NCBI GenBank assembly: GCA_002269645.1
Contig: NIVC01001668.1
Coordinates: forward strand, 189,393-253,392
Length of the DNA: 64,000 nucleotides
Reading direction: 5' to 3'
Origin: Macrostomum lignano
Taxonomy: Eukaryota
Part shown: positions 14,150 through 25,011 of the stretch, piece after piece
Layout: each line of letters starts with the position of its first letter
How positions within the stretch are numbered: position 1 is the stretch's first letter
The notes under the pieces: generated by a model
Told to the model about the DNA's origin: nothing
What the model saw: the letters and a program-made list of their open reading frames with translations, nothing else
Database searches by the model: none
Position numbers and translations under genes: made by a program

Positions 14150-14910
14150 TCCCCTGTCCTGTGAGAGTCTCTCCCCTGTCCTGTGAGTCTCTTCCTGTCC
14201 TGTGAGAGTCTCTTCCTGTCCTGTGAGAGTCTCTTCCTTGTCCTGTGAGAGTCTCTCCCCTGTCCTGTGAGAGTCTCTTCTCTGTCCTGTGAGAGTCCCT
14301 CCCCTGTCCTGTGAGAGTCTCTTCCTGTCCTATGAGAGTCTCTTCCTGTCCTGTGAGAGTCTCTTCCTTGTCCTGTGAGAGTCTCTCCCCTGTCCTGTGA
14401 GAGTCTCTTCCTGTCCTGTGAGAGTCTCTTCCCTGTCCTGTGAGAGTCTCTTCCCTGTCCTGTGAGAGTCTCTTCCTGTCCTGCGAGAGTCTCTATCTCC
14501 CCTGTCCTGTGAGAGTCTCTCCCCTGTCCTGTGAGAGTCTCTCCCCTGTCCTGTGAGAGTCTCTCCCCTGTCCTGTGAGAGTCTCTCCCCTGTCCTGTGA
14601 GAGTCTCTCCCCTGTCCTGTGAGAGTCTCTCCCCTGTCCTGTGAGAGTCTCTTCCCTGTCCTGTGAGAGTCTCTCCCCTGTCCTGTGAGAGTCTCTATCT
14701 CCCCTGTCCTGTGAGAGTCTCTTCCCTGTCCTGTGAGAGTCTCTCCCCTGTCCTGTGAGAGTCTCTATCTCCCCTGTCCTGTGAGAGTCTCTTCCCTGTC
14801 CTGTGAGAGTCTCTCGCCTGTCCTGTGGGAGTCTCTTCTCTGTCCTGTGAGAGTCTCTCCCCTGTCCTGTGAGAGTCTCTCCCCTGTCCTGTGAGAGTCT
14901 CTCCCCTGTC
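14150..14910 (-). repeat. The same 22-bp minisatellite in inverted orientation (CCTGTCCTGTGAGAGTCTCTCC)
   Basis: Reverse complement of the 11960-13065 unit. Confidence 0.95.
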
Positions 14911-15659
14911 TTTCACACCCTGCTTTCCCACCTGCTCCCTGAAATGTACCGAGATAAAGTTGAAAATCCCATTTAAATGACGACAACCTAGATTTTTTGT
15001 TATTCGTTTCTCCCAGTCCAGGCTGAATCCCAGACATCCGCGGTTCACTTCAAACAGACCGGCAGTGCATCGGGCGAGGAGGGGATTCAATTAATTTTTT
15101 TTCGAACTCTTCACCCTGGTTTTTGGTTGATATAAACATTTTCCCAATGCCTCCTAGGGAAGTGATAAACATCCCCACATTCGAGACACAGCTACTGGGC
15201 CCTGTAAACTGGCGGTCTCTGGTGATCTATGACTGACTGCCTGGCTCCATGGACTAACCAATGGGGCTTTGTCCTGGGACTGATGACACCTGGAACCAAT
15301 GCTTTGCATCGATTCTGGGAAACGACGCATCATCATCATCATCCTACGGGAGTCTGGGACAGAACCGGTCTGTCTAAGAAAATTGTTTATACAGTCCGCT
15401 CAGCTCTGTTTAGCTGCAGAGGGCCATTAAAAGCGGCATCTCCCTTTTCAGTGGCTATGGGAGTTTTGCAACAGTTGAGCCCACAGTATGAATGAGATTA
15501 TGGAGCAAGCCGAGTCAAATAAAATTTTATGGGATGAGATAAAAATAGGGAATAAAACCGCAAGGAATACTTAAGTATCGGATGGTAGAACTGCTACAGG
15601 ATATCTTGGATACATTTTTGTTTACCCGTCATTATTCGCCTAAATTATCATCAATCCAC

Positions 15660-15965
15660 CTCGATCCGCCCCGATCCGCCCCCGATCCGCTCCCGATCCG
15701 CTCCCGATCCGCTCCCGATCCGCTCCCGATCCGCCCCCGATCCGCTCCCGATCCGCTCCCAATCCGCTCCCGATCCGCTCCCGATCCGCCCCCGATCCGC
15801 TCCCGATCCGCTCTTAATCCGTCCCGATCCGCCCCGATCCGCTCCCGATCCGCTCCCGATCCGCCCCAGATCCGCTCTCGATCCGCCCTGATCCGCCCCA
15901 GATCCGCTCTCGATCCGCCCTGATCCGCCTTCAATCCGCTCCCGATACGCTCCCGATCCGCCCCC
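15660..15965. repeat. 11-bp tandem repeat (GATCCGCTCCC)n next to a splice donor
   Basis: Read directly. It starts about 12 bp inside the GTGAGT donor at 15982. Confidence 0.93.
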
Positions 15966-15982
15966 GACAAGCGGCCACTCAC

Positions 15983-16096
15983 GCAGAACAGCAGGTCACC
16001 CTGTCGCATGCCGGCAGCCCAGGCTGGCGAGTCGCGGTCCACCTTGGCAACAAACACCAGGCCGAAAACGGCCGCGGCAGCGGCGGTAGTTGAGTC
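15983..16096 (-). CDS. PDZ gene exon: middle of the PDZ domain ([38 protein letters not shown])
   Basis: TTCAG acceptor, GTGAGT donor, 114 bp, phase 0-0. It joins in frame to VNGQDL at 4217. FVAKVxxDSPAxxAGMRxGD is a PDZ signature. Confidence 0.85.
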
Positions 16097-16149
16097 CTGA
16101 ACGCGACGGGGAGGCCAGTCGGCGATTCAGTTTATGAGCGAACAAGGAC

Positions 16150-16460
16150 TGGGAAAAGCTTATGGGAGGAACAACTATTCAGGAAAGCAAAGATTGAGAT
16201 TCAGGTAGTGATAAGAATGAGATTCAGGAAGATATAAAAATGAGATTTAGGAAGAGATACGTATGATACTCAGGAGGAGAGAAGAATGTGATTCAGGAAC
16301 ACAGAAGAATGGGATTTAGAAAGAGATAAGAATAAGATTCAGGTAGTGATTAGAATGAGATTCAGGAAGAGATAAGAACGAGATTCAGGAAGAGAGTTAG
16401 AGTGAATCACAAACAAGCACTCGAGTGACAAGAGGATAGACTGGAGTGACAAGAGTAGAG
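16150..16460. repeat. Degenerate purine-rich tandem repeat (GAGATTCAGGAAGAGATAAGAA-like)
   Basis: GAGATTCAGG recurs through the intron between the two PDZ exons. Confidence 0.6.
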
Positions 16461-16492
16461 TGAACCAAGAGCTCCACAGTGATGCAACCAAC

Positions 16493-16585
16493 CATCCTGG
16501 AGAGCTCAGCAGCCTGCAGCCGGCCTCCGGCGAGGGTGACGCCCCATTGAACGGCTGCATCCGCGCGGCGCAAGATGAAAGTTTT
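16493..16585 (-). CDS. PDZ gene exon: N-terminal PDZ strands (KTFILRRADAAVQWGVTLAGGRLQAAELSRM)
   Basis: ILRR...WGVTLAGGR is the carboxylate-binding-loop motif. Phase-0 donor ATG|GTTGGT. The 5' boundary is uncertain (a CAG acceptor is assumed). Confidence 0.6.
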
Positions 16586-18627
16586 CTGCCAAGCGGCGCT
16601 CAGCACCGCGCCGGGCGTTACTTTTGTAGGAAAAGTCTGAAATTTAAGAAAAAATTAAAACAGAAAATAGACTTTCTAATTAGTGCTTTCAAGCTGTCGA
16701 CCCTGGGTAGGGGCTTAAGTGGAATCAAACGATAGAATAACATTCCAGCAGAGAGTCAAACAGCAGTCACCGCGGCCCCGCCCGCCCGACAGCAACAATT
16801 CTCCCCTTTGTCCTCATTCAAATTCCATATTCTACCCTCCCAAATTGAGGAGGAAAAGGCACGATTTTAGCGGACAGCAAAAACAGCCTCTCTCTCTCTC
16901 TCTCAGCTGCTTTCTCTTGTCACTTCCGCAGATGCCCGCCCACCGCCCGCTGTGTGCACCGCATGGGGTCGCCCGCTGAAGTCCTCCGAAGCCCATGGAT
17001 ACAATTAATCTGAAGGCAGCTAAGGATCTCAGAGTCTTTATCACAGCCCCCCCCCCCGAATAGTGAGGCATTCCAGTGCAAGTATAACAAGAAGCGAAAA
17101 GTTGAAAAAAAGCACAAGCAAAACTAACAAAGCGCCCACTCTCAAGGGCTGTTCAGCAGCTGGGCCACAATGGACTGGGAGCAGAATTTCTACGCAGACA
17201 CGGTCGATGGGAGTTCAACAGGCAGACAGAATGGCAGGCAACCCTGAACAATACGCAACTCGTGCTCATCTGGTGCAGGTCATGGGAGCGAGCCATCTGC
17301 TATCCATCTGCAGTTATCGACGCGGAGTTACGCAAGACCAACTCGACCCTTCATTCAACAGCTCAAAAAAGAGCGAAAAAGCAACGATTTATGGCCTGCT
17401 GGAGACAGTGAAAGGAAAACTGCCTTTTGTATTCCTGTCAAGTGTTGTTGGGCTTCTGTCGAACGCCACTAAAACTCTTCGTTTCTTCTTTCCATGCAGT
17501 TTGTGGCTCCATACAGCGACCCGTTTTCAGCAATAGAAGCACAAAAAGCTGTTTTTATGACAACCAAGACTTGCGTTTAATGACCTCCATCTGACCTCCA
17601 ACAGCTGTCGCCAAAAAGGATGTGAAACAAAGCGGCAGCCATAGTCAGCTCAATGAGTCCTATTCAGGATGATCAAGGATGCAGTTGAAGAAGTCAACTT
17701 GACCTCAAGTCCTATAGTCCCGTGCTCGACATATCTATTGTTTCTTTTTTTCTGTTGAAGATGCTCAAGAGTTTCACGTAATATCCGGGCAAGTGGAGAC
17801 TGGAACCTGTTTTACCTGACTTTGTGAATCATACTGACTCATGGCAGTACGAACTGGACTGCTAACGGATTTTTTCAATTGACAATAAAATAAACTGCCA
17901 CCCCCGACTGCAAACATGGCTCTGTTCGGATTGCGTAACCAGCGCCTTGCCTCGGGCCACAGATGGGCCGCAGATGGATCTGCCGAGGAAACACAGAGCG
18001 ACAGTTAGCGGAAGAGGGACTCATAATTAGATTTCGACGTGTGGCATATTTGATGAGGAACAGAGCTGGCCTCCTCCCCTGAGGGGAGGAGGGAAGAGAG
18101 AGAAAGAGAGGGTGTCAGTTGTCACTCCGGGTCTTTGTGCGTTAAATTTGTTACGTCATACATTGACACAACCGACCCATGCTTTACTCTGCGACACTTC
18201 GTCACTCACCGAATTCTGACGCCCGTTGAAAGCGACCAAGTCGATTTGGTCCAGTAGAACCATGGCTCTCACAGCGGGTTGGTTGGTTCCGCCCTCTCGT
18301 ACTCGAGTGATGAAGCGGATTGCTCCAGGAGTGGTCTCAGACTGCCAGTCTGTGGGAGAGACTGTCGGAGCAACTGCGGCTTTTATAATAACCGCCTCGA
18401 CGTTCCAGGGTCTGCGTCGCGGGTCTCCCCGTCCCTCCCCTCCATCGAGCGATTGGGGACGGGTGGGGACCCCGCCCCCCAACCAATAGGAAGTGCTTTG
18501 ACTTGCTTCTGGTCAAACATTCGCTCTCAGCAATGTGAATGTAAAAACCCTTAGCGCTTACTATTAGTAGGCGAATCAGCTTGTTAACATACAGTGACAG
18601 TGATGTTGTGGGAATGTCCTCCTAAAA

Positions 18628-18982
18628 CAGGGGTCGGCAAACTCCGGCCCGCTCAAAGCTTGTGTCTCTTCTTTCCTCTCTCCTCCCTCTCTCTCTCTCC
18701 TCTCCCTCCTTTCTCTCCTCTTCTCCCTCTCCTCTTTCCTTTCCTACCTCCTTTCTTCTCTCTCCTCTCCTCTCACTTCATCGATTGCATCCCTCCTCTC
18801 TTCTCCTTTATACCCTTACCTCTACTTTCTCCTATCTCTCTTCTCTCTTCTCTCTTCTCTCTTCTCTCTTCTCTCTTCTCTCTTCTCTCTTCTCTCTTCT
18901 CTCTTCTTTCCCCCTCATCCGACCCGAAGTCTGGTCTGGGTTCTCTATTTGGCCCTTGTTTTAAAAAGCTTGCCGACCCCTG
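18628..18982. mobile_element. hAT-family MITE containing a CT/GA microsatellite
   Basis: TIRs CAGGGGTCGGCAA / TTGCCGACCCCTG and a perfect 8-bp TSD TCCTAAAA (18620-18627, 18983-18990). Confidence 0.92.
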
Positions 18983-19402
18983 TCCTAAAACTATAGGAAA
19001 CCTTGCGGGAGACCCACAAATCATCAATATTAGCAGTTTGAGTTCAGTAGAGCAGCATCGTAAACAGTGCTCATACCAGTTTATCTTAAAATAAATTGCT
19101 TTGTTTTCCCCATAAAGCTGTAATTGCGTCAGACAATATTGCTCCCAGTAGCTACCTATCTGAGGCTGACTGACTACAGTTGTAGGCTATGGGGCCGCTT
19201 GGTTAAAATTAATTATTCCAGGCTCAACCGTTGTTGTTTGCCTCCGATGAAAAATGGCCAACAATCTAAATATATATATATACTGCTTCCCACACAGAGG
19301 TCATAATCCGCTATTGTTTGAGTATCTGTGAGCTCCGCTAAAAACTAGCCAACGTCCTCAGTAAAGTATACTTACTGATAGTGGCCTTTGTTGCGATCTC
19401 CA

Positions 19403-22400
19403 ATGGCAACGAGTCTCGGCAGTTGGATAAAGGAGAAGTTAAAAAAGGCTGGGAGCTGCGCCGGTTGCTACAAGCGAATGTACTCTGCCAGCAAGTCCTC
19501 AGCAGCATCGGTCAGGCCAGCGGAGCCAGCCGAGATGCAGGAAGCTCAAAAAGCCAACATCGGCGACACTGACGAAAAGGACGACAAGAACGACAAGTCG
19601 ATTTTGATGTCGCTGATGAGCTTCGCAGATTCCACCACTGCTCACGGGTTCTCTCGGCTGGCGGGCTCCTCAGGTCGAACTGGCAGCGGCCTGTGGCTGC
19701 TGTTTCTGCTGGCGGCCTACGCGGGCCTCTGCTACCACACCGCCACGCTGGTCCTCAAGTTCCAGAGCCACCCGGTGTCCACCAGCCTGATTGCGGAGGT
19801 TCCATTCCAGTACCCGGACATCTACCTGTGCAGCGCCAATCCTGTAGGCTACAGCCGCATCACCAAGTCCATCCAGAAGACGGCCGACTACGCCTACCTG
19901 TACGAGACCAACGTGACGGCTTACAACTTGAAGCTGCAGAGTGACGTCATTAACAACAGTGCGGCGGATGTCAGCCTAGGAATCCACACCGCTTGGCTTA
20001 ACTGGCAGACGGAGATTCTGTCTAGCAGGGTCAATCTGTCGAAAGGTGCATCGAATTTTAAAATTACATTACTGGTTGAATTGATTCTTTAAAGTGTCAT
20101 ACTCAGCATCTGGCCTACGGAAAAAGCGTTAGTCTCTCTTTGGTCAGGAAAGATATAAAGGTATGCAGGTGCGAATACGTAGCATTTGAAGCTTCGATGA
20201 TAGCAGTGACCTCATGGTCATGGCCATTTCGCTGGATTGAGTCAAGTTTCGGATTAGTTAAAGTTGGTGAAAATGTCACTTAGATTGACGAAATGTGGAG
20301 TTTTTTTTTCAAAAAAATCACTTTCCACAAAAATACAGACTTCTTCAACAGCTGCAGGATCTCTCTGCAAGGGGAAGAGTTCACAGGAAACTACACCACA
20401 GCGCTTACCTACAACCAGAGCCTGCAACCGATCCGAGTGCCCTGCGTCACCTGGTCGGAGGCCCGATCGCTCGTCAGCAACATCTCATCCACCATAGGAA
20501 ACTTTGTGCCCAACCTGAATCACTCTTCCTGCCTGTACAACTCGAAGTTGGACGTTTTGATGACAAAGACTGTTCTGGGCAATTGCAGTTTCTTAAACAT
20601 GATTCTTAATCTGACGTCCAAGGATGCACTATTACTAAAAATTGCTTTCTGCCTAAAACATTTGTAGGTGTTCCAAAATTAGACAGCAACTACACGATTG
20701 GCAAAGTAGTGCAAGGTCCGTTCTGCTTCCACAGATCTGGGAGTAGCGACAGCAGACTGGACATCAACTACTGCGGTGTGCCGTTCTGTAGTGAGTTCTC
20801 CGTGCTTTTTTGAGCTGAAAATTTATCGAAAATTCTAGAACACGGGTTGAATTTTTGTTGCGCACCTTCTGAAACATGAATGAAGTCGCCAGCCCTCCAG
20901 ACGGTCGAGATATTCAACGATTCTGCCAGAAGGTCGGATTTTTCCCATAAGCGCCAGTGTATTCAATACAACCTGTGCGCCAATCAGCACTGCGCCTCAT
21001 TACAGCCTTGCCAAGCCTCCAAATTTCATCAGAACGTCTACCGCATGTGTCTGCATCAGCTCTGACTTCGTTGGTCGCTGGCCTTCACCCAGACAGAGCT
21101 TCTGTCTGATAGATTATACTAGATTAGATCCAGACCAGAATAGAATAGACTAGGCTATATTAGAACTAGACTAGACTAGACTAAAATACTGTAGAAATAG
21201 ACTAGAATAGACTAGAACTAGATTAGAACTAGACTAGTCTAAATTAAAAATAGACTAGACTAGTGATTTGAAATTCCTACTGTAAAACCTTGCTGCAGGA
21301 AAACCCCCATCGGAAAATTCTCACAGACCCTTTCAAACGGTACTTAACTGAAAAGTTCCTAGAAATTTTCAATCCAGAATTAAAGTACACAATGTCACGG
21401 TTTAGAGTAGAAAACCATAAACTGGCCCGCGAAACAATCAAGGACTGCGAAACCAAGGATCCCTTACGAGAACCTACCCAAAGTGCCATGTGGGAGTGGA
21501 AAGTGAAGTTCACTTCCTGTTAAATTGTAGTTGGAACTTTCATAGTGCTCCCTGTGATAAATTCTTGAATAAACTTTAAAATTAAAAAACGTTACAGCAG
21601 ACGGCAAAGTATTTTATCTAATAATAAAAAAATAATTGATAACACCTGCCCCGATTGGGCCAGATGTGCAACCGACAGCTCAGCCGCAGCTATCTGAAGG
21701 CTGCGTACGGCTGTTCAGTCCAAGGACTGGGGGATCGCCACACGCACCCTCAATTACCCCAGCTAATGCTGGCACCCATTTTACAGCTGGGTGAACTGAA
21801 GCAATGCAGAGTTAAGTGTCTTGCTCGAGGACACTAAGTGTTCCAGTGAGATTAAGAATCGAACCCCCGACCTTCAAGTCGTGAGTCAGACGCTCTAACC
21901 ACTTGGCTACAGTCCCCTTTTAGTTAATGACTCCATAAGATCGAGACATATTGAAAATTTTAGCTAAGTTCATCAAATGCCCGGTACATGGCACAGGCCG
22001 GAAGGCAACTGCCCTGAGGCTTTATATTGGTTGAGCAAAAATATGCTCGAATTGCTCTGTTAGCGCACGATATTTCGAAGGCTCCTACACCGCATCTCCT
22101 CAATGAACTGTAAAACCGTCCCGCAGGCAAGGCTGAAAACAATCTTGCCGACTGCTCAGCTCGCATCACCAGCGGCAGCTCAATCAGCACAACCTACATG
22201 GGCTCAGAGCAGACGTCGCGTTCTGGAAAATCGTGCCGATCGTGGGAGGCCCTGGCGAATGGCAGCCTGGCTGCAGAGTTTCAAAATCTGAACTCCAGCT
22301 TCGAGTATCGCGTGTTCCTGCCCGACCCAGACTCGGTTGCCAGCGTTGGCAGCGGCTGTCGGAGCGCAGTCGTGATGTTCAAGGACCCCAGCAGTGGCCT

Positions 22401-25011
22401 GGGCTGGCAGTCCATCTACAAACTCATCATTGACAGCGACGTTGAAAATGAGTCTTGGTGTCTGGTTGAAAAGCCGAATTATAAAAACCTCACGCTTGAG
22501 GGCTGCGCTGTTCCTGACTGCTGTGAGTAAGGCGTGGCAAGGTGGGGAGAGTGAAGTATACTCGTACATTATGCATATGTATACTCGTACTTTGTATAGA
22601 TATATGTCTAACTCGCTGGGCTGTAAACTGCTTGCATGACTTATTAAACTTATTAAACCTGTCTTACAGCAATGACGCAAGCAGCCTATTCAGCTATGTG
22701 TAGTGAGTGAAACAAGGCTAGACTGCTTGTTGTAGTCGATAGTTGCCGAAAGCTTGCAGGCGAGAATAATAGCGATCAGTATATTTATTGAATTATTGAG
22801 CTGAGTCAGGGTGGTGGCTAAAGTCACACTATGCACATTTGATATTGTACGCACAAGGGTAGAGCTAGCAAAGTCACGCGGCGTAGCCGCTAACAACTAC
22901 CCCAACACACACGATAGTAGGCGCTGCCTACACTATGTACTAACCGGGGCTAACTTTGCTTAACTAGCAGCGCTAAACTAAACTGAGACTGACGTCCTAA
23001 TATGAAATTAGCATAGAATGTCTACAAACAACATTCTGATTTACAAACATCCTTTCAGCAACCTCGCTGAAGTGCATCTCAGGCCTGCTGCACCAGAAGT
23101 ACGGACCTCACGTGCTCTCCAAGCTGGTCGGTCCGAGCTTGGACGTTACCCTGCTCGACTGCAGCTTCGGTGACAAGAAGTGCACACCGGCTGACTTCAC
23201 TGCGCTGCACCATCCCTACTACGGCGCCTGCTACAAGTTCAACAGCGCTCCGTTCCTTCGAGACCTGACGCCGATGCAGCACGGTTTGCGTCCGCTCAGC
23301 CTGAAGCTGTTCGCCGACGATCACGACTACCTGGGGAACCGGCGTCCGGACACCTTCACGGCCGTCCGAGCAGTCATGGGCGGCCCGTACAACACCGGAG
23401 ACGTGAGCGAGCCGGCAGGTTTTCGGCTGTTCGTGATGCCGCCGGGACAGCATCCAAGCTCCCCGAATGCCATCATCATCTACACTGGGGCCCAGTCAAC
23501 GGTTCAAATTAAATTTGTTGAGAACACGGACCACACAACGAGAGGCCTGTGCAACCCGGTTGAGTCAACCATTGACTACAGCATCCACAGCTGGAGCCCG
23601 ACTGTACGTCGACCGAGGAACGAACAAAACTTCTCGTCACTAGATCCCTACTTTTTGTGAGTCAGACTCACACTTCTGACAAGAAACACTCGTACCATCC
23701 GTCAGACTCAATCTGAAACACAGTTCTTATCAATTTTGCAAAAATTTTAACTCCAACTTACTCACGAAAATTTCAGTGAGTTCAACAATAGCTGGACGTT
23801 TGTAAGCGACCAGGAGTCTTGCGCCAACCACATTGTTATCGACGAATTTATTAGGAACTGCGACTGTCTGCCCTACCTGTTGCCAATTCCGACCAAATAC
23901 AGAAACATCCCAGACTGCTTCTATCTGAACAGCTCCGACCCCGCTGGTATTGAAAAGTTGCAGCTGAGCGAGTTCTGCGCCGTCAAACTGTTCACAAAGA
24001 TGGAGACGCTCATAGAGAAGCATTGGGCTGCATGCAAGCCCAACTGTCGGAAGCCTCACTACTCGGTGCAGCTGGTGAGCATTCGATGTTGCTTGGCATT
24101 GAATTCGAAAGACAATAATTCAAGAGCTTGGTAGTGAAGTCGTGTGGCTTGGATACGTTTAGATACGCTTGGACTACGATATGCCCTAACGTCTATGACT
24201 CAAATTGTTACAGTTGTGGTTGCGTCTTGTTCAGGCCACAGATACTAAATAACTATAATTCGTTATATAGTATCTGTGATTCAGGCTTTTTGTATAGAAT
24301 AACACGCCATTCAATTCACATTCTACGAGCGTATGTTAATCCATCAGCTAGACAAATATACAATCGAGCTCATATTTCCGAAAGTCCGTTCTCTGAGTTA
24401 GCTTGTCCATGCTACACCCAAGAACTACTTAAGTTGTCCATGCTACATCTACTCTACGTTCAGGATTTTTGGTTCTGCGGTAAAACCCATTGCTGATTTT
24501 ATCAAATCAATTTTTATCGACATCAACCTTCTAGACGACTCAGCCGTGGCCCTACGCGTCCCACGCCGCTTACAACGCGACGCTGCAGTCGCTCACTTCG
24601 CTGGTCGGCTTCCCGAAGCAGGTGAGCCCCGACCAGGGCCTGGCCATGCTCTACTACTCCTACCTGCAGGGTGAGCAGCTGATCCAGCCCAGCTCGGTGC
24701 AGCGCTTCGGCCAGTCGCTGGCCATGCGAGAGGCGGCCCGCAGCAACCTGGCCTGGATCCGGGTCGAGGCCGAGTACCCGATCGGGTCCGGCAGCGCCCA
24801 GGCCGACGGATATCCGGTGGAGAATCTGCTGGCCGAGATGGGCGGCATTCTGGGTCTGTACTGCGGCGTCTCTGTGCTGACCATCTGCGAGCTGATGGAC
24901 CTGGTGGGCCGCCTGCTGCACCGGGCCGCACTGCGGTCGCTTCGAGGAAGACAAGTTGACAGCATCGGCGACTCGTCGAGTAATTCGAAAGTCGCTTCAA
25001 CCACAGTTTAG
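19403..25011 (+). CDS. DEG/ENaC (amiloride-sensitive Na+ channel family) gene A with two kringle-like modules; 7 exons, 924 aa predicted
   Basis: Exons 19403-20045, 20339-20578, 20668-20790, 22127-22522, 23059-23656, 23777-24074, 24535-25011 splice in frame (2775 nt). Motifs: FADSTTAHG, TM1, QYPDIYLCSANP, DCSFGDKKC, PYYGACYKFN, Cys-rich thumb, TM2 LLAEMGGILGLYCGVSVLTICE. Confidence 0.9.
20339..20790 (+). other. Kringle-like module 1 of gene A (exons 2-3)
   Basis: Six Cys in kringle spacing: C-RISLQGEEFTG...PCVTW...SSCLYN...GPFCF...INYCGVPFC. Confidence 0.75.
21100..21265. repeat. Degenerate (CTAGA)n microsatellite in intron 3 of gene A
   Basis: Read directly. A longer mirror copy lies at 55965-56340. 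Confidence 0.85.
21270..21560 (+). mobile_element. 5'-truncated LINE 3' fragment (C-terminus of ORF2, L2/Crack/RTE-X-like)
   Basis: MSRFRVENHKLARET followed, after a frameshift, by KCHVGVESEVHFLLNC. This is the typical RFRxxxHxLxxET...CxxCxxxxExExHFLLxC tail. Confidence 0.75.
21620..21910 (-). mobile_element. tRNA-derived CORE-type SINE
   Basis: The minus strand has box A TAGCCAAGTGG and box B GGTTCGATTC. A CORE-like segment CATTTTACAGCTGGGTGAACTGAAGCAATGCAGAGTTAAGTGTCTTGCTCGAGGACAC is present, with an AT-rich tail. Confidence 0.82.
22127..22522 (+). other. Kringle-like module 2 of gene A (exon 4)
   Basis: DC...TYMGSEQTSRSGKSCRSW...GCRS...ESWCLV...EGCAVPDC matches the kringle consensus YxGxxxxTxSGxxCxxW...CR...PWC...CxxPxC. 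Confidence 0.85.

Noticed and set aside
18156-18554. ORFs upstream of the hAT MITE as a first exon of the PDZ gene
   Set aside because: No RING or zinc-finger motif, and no phase-compatible junction could be established.
21856-21910. tRNA gene
   Set aside because: Boxes A and B are present, but the acceptor stem is incomplete and the sequence continues into a CORE domain, so it is a SINE head.
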